Assembly: GCA_040285825.1 (NCBI GenBank)
Contig: JAUPSS010000002.1
Span: forward strand, 1,302,001 to 1,366,000
Direction: 5' to 3'
From: Eukaryota sp. TZLM1-RC
Lineage: Eukaryota; Protista; Metamonada: BaSk clade
Length of the DNA stretch: 64,000 bases
Shown here: piece after piece, positions 12,375 to 25,366 of the stretch
How positions within the stretch are numbered: the stretch's first letter is position 1
How the letters are laid out: each line of letters starts with the position of its first letter
Program-made: the position numbers and the translations under genes
Notes under the pieces: generated by a model
Seen by the model: the letters and a program-made list of their open reading frames with translations, nothing else
Databases searched by the model: none
What the model was told of the DNA's origin: nothing

Positions 12375-13208
12375 TTATTTCTTCTTCTTTCCTGTTATAG
12401 CCTTTTGTCTTTTCCCCTCGAACCCAGGCCTTTTAGCACTAGTCTTAGTCTTTTTCCCTACCTTCCTCGCCTCAATATTAGCTGCCCTCTGCTCTTGTCT
12501 TTGTTTTTGTTGTTCTTGTTGCTGTTTGATCCGTTGATCCCATTGTTTTTTAGATCGATTCTTTTTGTTTTCCTCCTGTTTAATTGACTTCCTCAGTTTA
12601 GCAGTGTCGTCCAATACGTTTACACCTTGTGCTCGGGACAATGCATTGGACCAAGATTTTTCTTGTTCAAGAGGGACTGCAGTTTCAGCTGGAAGTTGGT
12701 TAATAAACTGCTTTTCTTTTTCTAATTGACCAAGTAGCTTCTTTTTGGCCTTTAGAGATCCAGATATTTTGGGTGTATTAGTGGGGGTTAGTGGTGTAAT
12801 ATTGAAGGCAACATCAATCTCCTCCTGACGGGCACACTTCCTTGCAGGAGTGGCAGGATCCTTTTTCTTGGAGGGTTTCTTTTTGAGGGTAGTAGCACGT
12901 CGTTTTCTACGATTCGGGGTTTCTTCAGGTTGTCCTTCTTTAGCACGACGTGATTGCTCAATGCGCTGACGGAGACGTTCTTTCAGTTCATCAATGGGTG
13001 GTTGAACACCTTCAGCATTGTGAGAATAGCTAGCCAAATGTGGATTTGGTGATTTTGGGTCTATATTGTGTTCAAACTGTGGATGAGTGACAGTTTGAAG
13101 GAAAAATGATGGAAGATGTGTGGAGAACTTTGATATGACTGTAATAAGCTAGATAGTAGGAAACAAACAGTCAAGATGCTGAAAAAGAGATTCTGAAGAT
13201 ATAGTCAT
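12375..13208 (-). CDS. SURF6: SURF6/Rrp14 nucleolar protein; 2 exons (intron 13139-13168)
   Basis: WSNALSRAQGVNVLDD..KLRKSIK, QWDQR, RPGFEG; ORF has no in-frame ATG unless the 30-nt intron GTTTGT..TTACAG is removed, giving MTISSESLFQHLDFISKF.. Confidence 0.88.
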
Positions 13209-13299
13209 TGAAACAGATGATGTCTATAACAATGAAATAAGTGTGCTTTTTACACTGATGTAGAGGGACTGAGTTTTTGAGAAATGGATTTTATTCTTG

Positions 13300-13700
13300 A
13301 TACCTTTTCTTTGTCAATAACAACTTGGCTGGGATCACCAATTACTGATTTGAATCTCTGAATCATCTTCGCCTCAGATCTTGTGCGATTAATCTCAGCC
13401 CACCATCTTAGTTTCCTAATTTTTTTAATGATAGACTTCACCAACAATACTATTCACAAAAATCTTTTGTTTAATATACTCCTTAAATCTATCAAACCTG
13501 CAGTTTTTGGAATTGAATTGGGATAGAGTTGCTTCCCATTCTACTACAGATATAGTCGTGTGATCATTACTTCTCAAATTGAATGAGTAATCAATTTCGT
13601 GGGGAATATTGATTTCTTGAGGTACTTCACCTCTTAATAAACTAATTGTTCTTTCAGTCATTTGATTAATTATACTAGTGTTTAAATCCATCCTTTTTTC
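13300..13700 (-). pseudogene. Fanzor1-type (eukaryotic TnpB) internal fragment
   Basis: LSQFNSKNCRFDRFKEYIKQK..N; after a frameshift RKLRWWAEINRTRSEAKMIQRFKSVIGDPSQVVI, the helical segment preceding the GDW motif of Fanzor proteins. Confidence 0.75.
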
Positions 13701-13729
13701 CTGGAAATAATATTTTCTTTTTCAGTGGA

Positions 13730-14010
13730 AACTCCGATTTGATGGAATTTCTTTGAATGAATAACATCCTTTATTGAAGTCTCTCGAAAATATGGTGCAA
13801 GAATTACTTATTGATGTGTGGAAGAACTGTTTTCCTTCAAATTTGCCTTCTATCCCTTCGAGATCTGTGACTAATCTTCATCTTGATGTTGTGAAATTAA
13901 AAAAGGCTGTTGTAAATGGTTTTGAAGACCTGGATTTTTCTAAACGACTTAGGGTGACTAAGATTAAGAATCCCGTATTTGCTGCCTTTTTTTCAGACAT
14001 CCGAAATTGC
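13730..14010 (+). mobile_element. Internal fragment of CRE-like family B
   Basis: FPSNLPSIPSRS..GFEDLDFSKRL..KNPVFAAF matches ORF 1814-3490. Confidence 0.88.
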
Positions 14011-14164
14011 AGTTTTTTAGGAAAATGTTTGACATAAACATAATGTTGTTAAATCAAACATAATGTTGTTAACATGTAGTTTTTTAGGCTGCACCGATAG
14101 ATATGATATGAAAAAGTCAACATCAATTGTTTAATTGTGGATTGGGAAACTGTCACAAATGAAT

Positions 14165-14749
14165 CTAATAATATGAAGTTCTTTCAACCTTTTCCTTCTC
14201 AGGGCGATGATGTTCTTCCGTGATTCGATGGTGGCCAGGACAGCTATGACCTTCACACTCGCCCACAGGTGGAATCGTCTCTTTAATTTCTTCCACATGT
14301 TCGTGTTGTTCAGTGTCCATATAGTCATTATGACCATGATGATGCTTTGTGTTTTTTGAATGTTCATTAATAATATCAGCCTCTTTTCTAATTGGTTGAT
14401 TAGGTCTAAACTGTAAAGTTTCTTCTACGGGTGCAGTAGAGCGACCAGCAACGTGTTCGTGCTTTACTGGTTGAATATACTCTTGATCATCATGGTGATG
14501 CAGATGATCAGGATGCGAGGGAGATTCGTGCTTTTGAGGTTCTTCTTGTGGAGGTTGAACTGGCTCATTGTGTCGATGAACTGTACGTTTCACTACCTTG
14601 CGAGCAGCATTAAAGACCTTTGATGCAGGCTGAACTAACCTTTGCATAGTTGACTCATCTTCTTCATTATTTGGCTTTGAGACCGCATAGCTAAGTCCCA
14701 CAACCAGCACAGCAGTAACCAGCACAAGAGTGAGTTTAAGACGAGTCAT
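14165..14749 (-). CDS. Hypothetical His/Glu-rich protein with N-terminal signal or anchor
   Basis: ATG at 14749, MTRLKLTLVLVTAVLVVGLSYA hydrophobic leader, host-like composition. Confidence 0.7.
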   Translation of the reverse strand: MTRLKLTLVLVTAVLVVGLSYAVSKPNNEEDESTMQRLVQPASKVFNAARKVVKRTVHRHNEPVQPPQEEPQKHESPSHPDHLHHHDDQEYIQPVKHEHVAGRSTAPVEETLQFRPNQPIRKEADIINEHSKNTKHHHGHNDYMDTEQHEHVEEIKETIPPVGECEGHSCPGHHRITEEHHRPEKEKVERTSYY

Positions 14750-14901
14750 AGAATGGAGGTTTACAGTAAGATTATAGATTTTTGTCACAGGTCAACTTGA
14801 TTCACTTCCAATACTCACTGAAAGTTTTATTGATAGTTTATTTGTTTTATTTATAGATGACAAAAAAACAAAGTAAAAATGAACAAGATCGTTAATTATT
14901 A

Positions 14902-15471
14902 TTAATTAATTTGATCAGAAACTCTACTACTTGTATTCCATAAGGGAGCATCCACCCTCCTGTCAAGAGAGAGCACATTAGAACCTAGAGTATCATACAA
15001 TTTATCGTCATATGAAAGTTGGTCAAGGGCCAGTGAAGAGGCCTCAAAATCATAATATACATCAACCGTTGCAGGAGGTTCTACTTTATAAGGCAGACCT
15101 TCAACTCCCAAGTCTTGCAGTGTTGATAATTCATTGGTTATCTTGTTTTTTGGATCAGGTGTATGTAGGAAGAGTTCGACGTTGGATATAGCATGTCTGT
15201 GTCGTTCAATAAGTCTGTGTTTTATCACCTCAAAAGGTGTTGTTATGGGAAGGTACAGTGAGAAGTTGAGATATGACCACTGAAGAGATAGTCTCACTGT
15301 AACAAGAACATGATTGACAAAAGTATCTGTGTGAACGGTGGAGAGAATGTTGGAGTAATCAAATTGATCAAGAGGACCGGAGCTCTACGATGAATGGACG
15401 TAAAGTCTGCCTACCTTGGAAGCCTTTCCTTTCTTTTTAGAACTCTTCTTTGATTTCTTTTTCGCGGGCAT
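14902..15471 (-). CDS. Hypothetical protein with Lys-rich N-terminus; 2 exons (intron 15385-15414)
   Basis: Exon 1 MPAKKKSKKSSKKKGKASK, then a 30-nt GTAGGC..TCGTAG intron containing an in-frame stop, in frame with ORF 14902-15297. Confidence 0.75.
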
Positions 15472-15544
15472 TTAGGGTCAGGTAAAGCCCACAGGAGTGT
15501 AAAGATAGACAGATTGGATAGCTAAAGATTAATTGAAGGTAACC

Positions 15545-18500
15545 ACTTATAGATTAAGCAAAAAACCAAGCAGGTATCCAGGTTTTTTTTCTCACCCTCC
15601 TCTACAAAAAATCCGTCTAACTTGAATCCTTACAGAGCCGTGATCATTGTTTCTACTCTTTCTTACTGTTGCCAGAATCTGTTTCTGATTTCAATAAAGT
15701 CAAAAGAATGAATGATAGAACACAAGTTGCTGATTACATTCTTTCCACTTCTACTCCTCTCCCTCTTCCCATTTCAATTTTGGATAAAAAATTTTCTGAC
15801 CTAGAAATTTCTGCAAATCTTGGTGAAAATGAAGTTTGTTCAAGAACGAAGAAACGCTCTGACAAATGGTTCAACTACCGAAAACAGGGACATAATGCTC
15901 GAACGTGTCCCAATGTGGAAAAAAATGATGTTGCAAATTCTGAAAAAAATGCAAAAGAAAATTTACTAGAAGAACAGAATCTGAAGAAAAATTAAGAAAT
16001 GATTCTCCACAAGTTGTTGCAAAACTAGTTAACAATCGAATCAAGCACAAGGTTTGCAACAATTGTGGTGTTTCTTTGAGAAAATTACAAAAGGTAAAAC
16101 TGCTGACCGATGCTTGAAATGCCGATTAGTCGACAATTACCATCCTCCCATAAAAATCCCCCAAAAAATATGTCCCTCGAAATGCAATAAATTTGCATTC
16201 GTTTTTAAATCCACGAGTCAGAGCTCCCAATGGTAAAGAAACTGTAGATAAACTCAAAATCCTACGTCCATTTAAAAACCCAATGATGGATCAAAATTAT
16301 TATGGAAATTATTGGGAAAACCATCCATTGATGACATCAGAATTAATTTCAGTGATCAAAAAGTGACCACGCAGAAATTTTGCTGGTCTTTCTGGGCTTT
16401 CGATTGTTCCTATCAAAGCAGTGGTTATTTCTTCAGAAGATTGTCTTATTTTATTAACCACATTTTTTTAATAGAATTTTAACTGGTCAACTTAAATATC
16501 CTGAAGAATTAAGATGTTCACGTTTGACTGCATTTGTAAAGAACGCACAATTGGATGTTCGTCTAATTGCGGTCTCTGAAACTTTACACAATGTTTTCTG
16601 CTTGCTGCTTAAATAGACTCAATGAAAAAGCAAAATAAATTTGTTGCCCTTTCAGTATGGAATTAATACCACTGATGGAGTTTCTTCAGCAGTATTTGCT
16701 ACAAATGTTTTATTTTATCAAAATGAATCCAATGTTTGTACGGCGTCGGATTTTAGCAATGCATTCAATTTAATTAGTTGTTGCAGTATTCATGGTGCTT
16801 GGTTACAATAATTGCCAGAATTAATGCCTTATTTTCAATCAACATATAGCTCAAATTCTAATTTGTATGTTGGTGATTCCATTTTGAAATCATCAAATGG
16901 TGTAAAGCAAGGATATCCTTCAGGACTTCTTTTGTTTTCTTTGGCCATTTATCCTATTTTATTGCAAATTCAAGAGATGTTTCCTTCGCTAAAATTGATT
17001 GCCGATATGGATGACGTTGCTCTTATAGGTGACTTAAAGATTGTGAGAAAAGTAGCTGTATGCTTTAAAGAATTATTTACCAAAATTGGCCTCTGCCTTT
17101 ATTTACTTTAATGTGTTTTGTTATTGAATTCTTCAGTTTCTACAATAGTTAAAGGTATTGAAATTCAAGCCAAATTATATTCAATTGATGCTATTCGTCA
17201 TTTGGGTTCGTTTTTAGGAAATAATGATGAAAATACCAAAAAATTGAAAAGTTGAACTCAATTTTCGATAAAATTGACCGAATGATGACTTTTGATATAC
17301 AGAAACAAATTGGCCATTATAAGACTGTGCTTTAGTTCCAACTTTAATCATATGTTTCGATCTACAAATCCTTTTATCACAAGGCCTTTGTCCCAGAAGT
17401 TTAATGAATTACGTACAAAAGTCCTTTCACAATTACTAGGATGTAAAATGTTCCAAATTCCATATCATGCTTATCGTAGTTCACATTATGGCGGTTTAGG
17501 TTGGACAAAAGCTTTGATTCTTCCTTCATGTAATTTTATTGGTAGCTGCAGAGATGCAATTTTCGAGGTTTCTGAAAGATTTGCCGATTGAAAAGATTTA
17601 TTAATGACAACGCAAAGTTCTACTGTTTTTGCAGTAAATGATGAAATTTCAAAAATTGAAGTAAAAAAATGGAGTCGATGCTTTCCCCAATCATTCAATG
17701 GTAAAATTGCGGAAATCTTTTTTGAAATTTAAAAAACACGCTTCGAACATTAAAGAAACGATTGACTGGAATGTATGAAAATGATCTTTATAATAATATC
17801 TGCAGCTCGGCTGTTTTAAATCAAGATCTTCACTCATTGTTATTAGAAAAAGGTGTTTGTGAAAACCAGTCATCAGATTTTTCACTATTTGTAACCATTG
17901 TACCACGAAGATTTGAACTGTGTGCTACTAATGAAGCGTTTGTAACAAAAATGAGAATTCATTTGAATATCCCCATTAATCAAATATTACCAAAAGAAAA
18001 ATGTATTTGTTCGGTACAGTTGTTTGTACAGATCACTTTGTGTCATGCTCTGAATTGTTCGAAATTGATAACTCATCGTTTTTCATTACATGATTCTGTT
18101 ACAGACACTGTTTTTATTAAGGTACGAATTGCAAGAATTTCGTGTATCAAAGAGCCTCTGCTGAAGTCAACACTGTCATTGAATAGTTTTGGTTCTGATG
18201 ATAGAGGTGATGTATACTGTGATTGGATTGAGAACTCTGAAGCTGCTGTTGACTTTGTTTCTTGTACTGTTGCAAATGACACTTTGGTTCATCGGAGAAA
18301 ACTTAATCCTGAAAGTGCTCTTGAATTTAAAGCTAACGAAAAACATAGAAAATATGAAAAAGATATCGAAGAAGCTAATGCTGATAGAAATAGACCACTT
18401 GTTTGTTTTGCTTTCCCAATTTCGATCAATGGAAGACTATCAGTAGAAGCATGCATGAACTTTTTGAATGATTTCCAAAAAATGGTTCAAGAAAAAACAA

Positions 18501-18690
18501 TGACAAGATTTGATATTGTTTTATGGCGTTGACGGATTCAATTTCCCCTTATTAATAGATTACCTCGGTTTTTCAATCGAATTAGAGAAGCTTTAGCTAG
18601 ACAGCAAGCAGATCAAGATTTTATATAGGAGAACTTGGTTCCATGAATTTAGCCCCATTAGTTATTTCATTGTGCAAGTTTAATAACCAA
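15545..18690 (+). mobile_element. Near-full-length, degenerate CRE-like family A copy
   Basis: Many stops and frameshifts but colinear with 48903-51927 from QGHNARTCP to the 3' UTR; 5' boundary uncertain. Confidence 0.9.
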
Positions 18691-19974
18691 AAGTTTAGGC
18701 AACCAAAGAAAAATTTTTGGGTGTGGAGTCTAGCATTAACCGTGTATTTCAACGGTGTTCCTTAGACAATAGTTCTATGCCATGGATGTTAAGTTTAGTT
18801 TGTGTTATTTGTCACAGTCATAGTTTTTAGTTTTATTGCGTGCTGCATCAGTGAATCTGTAGCATTACTGGATTTTTCCACTTTGAATGATTAAACTTCA
18901 TCAAAAAGTGTTGTTTTTGAAATTGATAATTGTAACATGAACTGCATTTATATCCAGCCAATAAACTGTAATTTCTTCATTTAATATAGGGTTAGACAAA
19001 ATACACCACCTCATTCAGGCGATATTGCAGCATGGTGATGTCACTAGTTTATCGTCAATTGTTTTTTATAAACCATTCCACTTTCTCTATGTCTTCTATT
19101 TCCAATTCATCAGCAGATCAACTCAAAATCAATAAATTGGATGATGAAATTGTTGATATGGTTGTAAAGTCACGCTTCTCATAGATGACAAGTGATTTCT
19201 TTAGTGAATTGCTTCATTATTCATGCATCATTGTTCCTCGAACAATGATGCAAAACCTCCTCTATATATTTGATGTATCACTAAAAGAATCATAAATACG
19301 GCTTTTTTGAGGTGTTTCGACACTAGAAGTAGTTTTTTTGGGGGTCAGAATTCCAGGCCACTTGACAGTGTGGCTACAACCTGCAGATTTATGTTGGTTT
19401 CCAAGTGTAAAATTGAAAGCTAGAAACCAACTAGATAAGCATTTAAGTCCCAATACTGTAGAAACTTCTTCAACACATAAAATCGGGTTAATCCTTGCTG
19501 AAACATGGCCAATAGTAACACAGAATCGAAAGTACAGTCCTGTTCTGTTAACATTTATTTATTGTTGACAAATATTTATTTAGCAGGATCAAAGACATTC
19601 TGTGTTTGAATCATACCTGAGCAGGACAATCAGCGCTTTTAATTTTATTCAATGAAACCTATACAATGTTGTTGTGATGACAATCCAAAATAGTTGTCAT
19701 GTCAAAGTATGGTTTGAATCAATGTTCGACCTAAATAAAGTCAAAGACAAAAGTGTTCACACATTTATGGAAACAATTCGATAGCTTAATTGGTAACACA
19801 TAGTGCCTTGCCTAATAGTGGATTATTTGAAATTACAAAAGAAAACAAATTTATTCAAATTGCTATTCATTCATAACAGTCAAGTACAGTAACTCGATTT
19901 TTCTGTTGCAGTACAGAAAAGCTTGCTTTGATATTAGTTGCCTGTTGATTAGATAATACTTACTTATCGAACAA

Positions 19975-20177
19975 CTTATAAATCAACATCTTATAATCCA
20001 TTTCTCCCAAAACAAAAGAACTAGATGCAACTCTCTCATAGTGAGATCCAAGAGAAAGCAAAGCATCAGAATCTTTCTTCAACACCGCCTTAAAAATAGA
20101 AATCACAATTCTGTTTTGCCAAAACAATCTGTTAAAATTTCTATTGGTACTTTTCTTTACAATCATTTCAATATCTA
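19975..20177 (-). mobile_element. 3' fragment of CRE-like family E
   Basis: Reverse complement matches 40-239 (FWQNRIV..LGSHYERVASS). Confidence 0.85.
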
Positions 20178-20340
20178 CTGAAAGACGTAAAGTGGTGGAA
20201 GTAAGTGAACTCAATAGAGACAACACACATGGATACAAATTGTGTGTTATACTGAGGAAGTGTGTAAACGGAAACAGTTCAAACGTCACATTCAATGTTC
20301 CTTTTTGTGTCTCACCAAAACATCAGAATGTCAAATGTTC

Positions 20341-20421
20341 GACAGTGTATCCAAGTGGTTACGGAGTTGAATTCAGGGTTCAATGCAGAAATGCGCGTGG
20401 GTTCGAACCCCACCACTGTCA
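20341..20421 (+). tRNA. trnL-CAG: tRNA-Leu (anticodon CAG)
   Basis: Acceptor GACAGTG/CACTGTC-A, D arm TCC..GGA with TGG, anticodon stem TTGAA/TTCAA around TTCAGGG, long variable arm, GTGGGTTCGAACCCCAC T arm. Confidence 0.95.
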
Positions 20422-20706
20422 TTTGTCGTTATTTTCCATGTAATTTGATTTTATCTGTATAACATTGTTCATAAACCAGAGTCTTCTATGTATTATAGAA
20501 GTGATTTTTGTCCAAATGTAGTTTGTACCTGGACATAAGTTTCATTATTGCACTTTATTATTAGTGAATTGCAATTCTCCTCCTGATTTGGAGATGTTAC
20601 AAGATCCAAAGATTTATATTGCTGAATTGATGTGTCCGATGGAAATCTTTGTTGAATAGAGAAAATTAACAGATATTTGAGATTAACTGATTTAAATAGA
20701 TGCCGA

Positions 20707-22913
20707 AGAAGAATTAAGAAGTTCTCGTTTGACTGCACTTGTCAAAAATTCAAAAATGGATGTTCGTCCTATTGCAGTCTCTGAGAGCTTACATAATATT
20801 TTTTCTGCGTGTTGTTTAAGCAGGTTCAATGAAAAAGCTAAAAAGATTTTATTACCCTTTCAATATGGTATAAATACTACAGATGGAGTCTCTTCAGCGA
20901 TTTTTGCTACTGATGTCTTATTTCGTCAAAATGAATCCAATGTTTGCATGTCATTGGATTTTAGTAATGCTTTCAATTCGCTAAGTCGTCGCAGTATCCA
21001 TGGTGCTCTATTGCAATATATGCCAGAATTAATACCATATTTTCAATCAACATATTGCACATATTCTAATTTACATTTTGGTAACAACATTTTGATTTCA
21101 TCAAGTGGCGTAAAGCAAGGAGATCCGTTAGGACCTCTTTTGTTTTGTTTGGCCATTCATCCTATTCTACTGCAAATTCAAGAGATGTTTCCTTCACTAA
21201 AAATGATTGCATATATGGATGATGTTGTGCTTATTGGTGAATTAAATATTGTGAAAAAAAGCAACTGTATGTTTTAAAGAATTATTTACCAAAATTGGTC
21301 TCCGACTTAATTTACTTAAATGTGTTTTGTTATCGAATTCTCCAGTTTCCACAATAATTGATGATATTGAAATTCAAGCCAAATTATATTCAATTGATGC
21401 TATTCGTCATTTGGGTTCGTTTTTAGGAAATAATGATGAAATTACCAAAAATTGTTTGAAAAGTTGAACTCAATTTCTGACAAAATTGACCGAATGATGA
21501 ATTTAGATATAAAAAAACACATCAAATTTACCATTATAAGACTGTGTTTTAGTTCCAATTTTAATCATATATTTCGATCTACAAATCCTCTCGTCACTAG
21601 ACCTTTGGCTCAAAAGTTTAATGAGTTACGTGCAAAAGTTCTGTCTCAATTACTGGGATGTAAAATGTTTCAAATTCCAGATCATGCTTACCTTAGTCCA
21701 CAATATGGTGGTTTAGGGTGGACAAAGGCTTCTATTCTTACCTCGTGTGCTTTTTGTTGGTGGATGCAGAAATGCAATCTTTGAGTTCTCCGAAAGATTT
21801 GCAGATTGGGAAGATTTATTGATGACAACGCAAAGTTCCACTGTTTTTGCATTAAATGAAGAAATTTCAAGAATTGATGTAGAAAAATGGGGTCGATGTT
21901 TTCCCCAATCATTCAATGGCAATATTCCAGAAAAAAATGTTTTAAATTTGAAGTACACTCTTCGAACATTACAGAAAAGATTGACTGGAATGTATGAAAA
22001 AGATCTTTATAATAATATTTGCAGCTCGGCTGTTTTAAATCAAGATCTTCACTCATTGTTATTGGAAAAGGGTGTTTGTGAAAACAAGGTGTCAGATTCT
22101 TCACTTTTTGTAACCATTGTACCACGAAGATTTGGATTGTGTGCTACTAATGAAGCATTTGTAACAAAAATGAGATTATATTTGAACATCCCCATTAACC
22201 AATTATTATCAAAAGAAAAATGTATTTGTTCGAATTCACCTCAACTCACTTTGCGCCATGCTCTAAATTGCTCTAAATTGATAACTTATCGTTCTTCATT
22301 ACATGATGCTGTTAGAGACACTGTTTTCAATATGGCACAAACTGCAAGGATATCGTGTATCAAAGAGCCCCTGCTGAAAGAAACACTTTCTCTGAATAAT
22401 TTTGGTTCTGATGATAGAGGTGATGTATACTGTGATTGGATTGATAATTCTGAAGCTATTGTTGACTTTGTCTCATGTCATGTTGCAAACGATACTTTGG
22501 TTCACAGAAGAAAACTTAATCCTGTGGCTGCTCTGGATTTTAAAGCAAAAGAAAAACATAGAAAATATGATAAAGAAATTGAAGATGCAAATATCGATAG
22601 AAATACACAGCTGGTTTTTATTGCTTTTCCATTTTCGATAAATGGAAGATTATCAGTTGAAGCAGAAACTTTTTTGGATGACTTCCAAAAAATGGTGAAA
22701 GAAAAAACAATGAAAAGATTTGATATTTTTTTATGGCGTTCACGGATTCAATTTGCCATTATTAATAGATTACCGCGGTTTTTCAATCGAATTAGAGAAG
22801 CTTTAGCTAGACAGCAAGCAAATCAAGATTTTGTAGAGGAAATCTTGGTTTAATGATAGTCGTCCCATTAGTTATGATTTAATTTAATCAAGTGTGCAAA
22901 TTCAATAAATTAA
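20707..22913 (+). mobile_element. 5'-truncated young CRE-like family A insertion with 15-bp TSD
   Basis: TTAAATAGATGCCGA at 20692-20706 and 22914-22928; near-identical to 49783-51984. Confidence 0.95.
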
Positions 22914-23202
22914 TTAAATAGATGCCGACAATTTCAGCTACCATTGGTGCATTTGAAATATGTACAATACAAGTATAATGTATCCAATACATTGTCTGTT
23001 CCACTCATTAGAATTTTGACGAACAAACTTGATAAGAACAAGGTCCATGTGAGTAGCAGTGATTGTATTGGTAGTGGTACCAATCAACTATGCAATGTAC
23101 AGCTTTTAACTGTCGTTGTTTACGTGTTTTATTTGCTGACACAATAAAGACTTTAAATAATCTCATAATAAGTTCTCTGAAACATTCTCAAACAAGATAA
23201 TT

Positions 23203-24120
23203 TTATTGATCAAAATCTAGACTGACAAGTTCACCAAATAAGCAGTGTTGCACTATTGGGTATTGATTTAGCACATGGTCTTTGTAAAAACTAATCATTC
23301 CATTAGCACATTTTTTCCAGTTTACTGCCTCTGTGAATGCATGTATTACAGGCAGATGACTCACGTCCACATTCGATTTTGACGAGAAGGTCCGTTGGAA
23401 ACAGTCTAGTAATAAGTAATCATGAGAATATAACAATCTCACTTGAGGGTCAGCTACAGATTTTGGTGTGAGTCCATCCTCATTGCCTCTCATCTGGAAA
23501 GACCCTATAACAAATCCAAGAATGTGAAAGTCATCAAAGCTATAGACTCCCTGAGACCCAGCAGGTTCTATAGTTAGAAGAAGTTAAAAGATACCTAATC
23601 TATACTTGTCTTGCAAATGGTAACAAAAGTGTAAGTACCGCTGAATTGTGTGTAATGCAATCGAGGGGAGGTCCGATGTTTTAATTAAAGATTGTTTGTA
23701 CAATGCAAAGAGAAAGAACACAAAGTTCAACTCATGTCCTGTACCATAATCAATACGACTAAAATCCCCAAATGAGTTCATCAAATAGGTTGCTAACTCA
23801 TGCGGGTGAGATGTTTCGATACGTGATGAAACAAGCGTTGGAAGTTGCTCAGTTATTCTTGAAATGTACGTTCTAAAGTTTTTGTGTCCAAATCTCCCTG
23901 AAGATGGTGCTTCTACTGAAACATTGTCATCGATTGTTTCCAGATCGTCTATGATAGACGATATGTGCTGAGATATATGGGTCTCTTTGATGTATGAGCG
24001 TTTCGTACCTACAACACTCGATGACATAGCACTGATGAACGATATTATATCTTTGTACACTGACGATTGCTGCCATATACCTTCTTCAATGTGGTGTGGT
24101 TTGATAAGTTTTGATAACAT
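23203..24120 (-). CDS. PTPA: PP2A phosphatase activator PTPA/Rrd; 2 exons (intron 23568-23594)
   Basis: GRFGHKNFR, SFGDFSRIDYGTGHELNF; removing the 27-nt GTATCT..CTAACTATAG restores YRLEPAGSQGVYSFDDF; HVLNQYPIVQH. Confidence 0.95.
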
Positions 24121-24329
24121 TTTGGGAAGTACTTTGTTGGAATAAATTAAAAATTCAGAAATTTTTTTGGTTAAGAAGAATTAAAAAGCATTTCACCACA
24201 GTGATCTTCTTATGCACATTTTGTTGACATCTTAACTCAGTACCATGACCTAATCTCCAACTTAAGAAGAAAATGATGTATTTCACTTGATTTTGTTCAC
24301 ACATAACTAATAATAAAATTCTGCTGCTC

Positions 24330-24730
24330 GTTTAGTGTATTCCGCTGATTCGCCATTATCTAACGCCAAAAAAAAGAAGATAAAAAAATATGAAGAACCT
24401 TTGGTACAGTTAGGTAGAGTGGAACATGTGAAATATCAGTTTGTGCCATTTGCAATTTCTCTTTTTGGCAATATTGGACCTTCAGGGTTGCACTTTTTTG
24501 AACATTTCAAAAAAGTGTTACTGAATAGGTCTGGTAAAACATTGAATTCCACTTTCTGGTTAAATAGAATTGTGTTTTGCATTTTCAAGTCTATTCCAAC
24601 AATGATTTCAAAGGCACTTTTAGCTATTGGTGTAGAATATGAACGTAATGCTTTGAGTAGGTTTAGTAATAGTGACGCTTCTTTGGAGGATATTGAATTC
24701 TAGATAGATTTTTCTTATCTCAATAAATAT
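24330..24730 (+). mobile_element. 3' fragment of CRE-like family D
   Basis: KIKKYEEPL..FVPFAISLFGNIG..FWLNRIVF..LEDIEF*. Confidence 0.88.
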
Positions 24731-24754
24731 TTCAGTTGAAAAAAATAACTAATA

Positions 24755-25165
24755 ACTTTGATTCGAAGTCATCTATTCTGTTCTACTGACTTGGGTGGAA
24801 TTAATTTCACTAAGTCTTCGATTTTGTGTTAAGCAGCATTTTTAGGAGGTGGTAAAAATTTTGTTTTTGAATTTTTCCAAAAGTTCCCTAATAATGTTCA
24901 TCTGATCAATGGTGAATCAAATTTTTACTTAAATCCACTTCACTTTCAATTAGTTAATTTGCTTAGTGATATCTGGATTCAGTGTTTTCCTCAAAGTGTT
25001 CAAGAAATTCCCAACCAATCACTCACAAAATTACGTTTTTGCCTACAAAAGCTTCAGCACCATTCAGTAAAATTGTTTGAAAGCTTGGATTTTGAAGTAA
25101 GACTTGGCTTGGTCCAAACTGAATATCCCGCTTTCGGAAATTTTTAACAGACAATCGAATAGTTC
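24755..25165 (+). mobile_element. Internal fragment of CRE-like family C
   Basis: Matches about 37820-38230. Confidence 0.88.
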
Positions 25166-25366
25166 CGACGTTGACCTAAAGGGAAGCAGTTGATAAATGA
25201 TTCAGCGATAAAAATTCGGTTGAAATAATTGCTATAAAAAGAATGCCATTTACTATTTACTATTGTTTAAAACACAGACAATAGATAAGAAATGAAAAGT
25301 GAAAAAATCATTTAAATGCAGAAGACTCAAAAGTAATTACCAGTTACCAACACTTCAACCATAACA

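Noticed and set aside
18700-19950. Possible decayed DNA transposase (Mutator-like) on the minus strand
   Set aside because: Only faint motif resemblance, no coherent frame or ends; left unassigned, as are 8400-8900, 52400-52900 and 54600-55200
20341-20707. tRNA-targeted insertion of family A
   Set aside because: The insertion is ~285 bp downstream and other A copies have no adjacent tRNA
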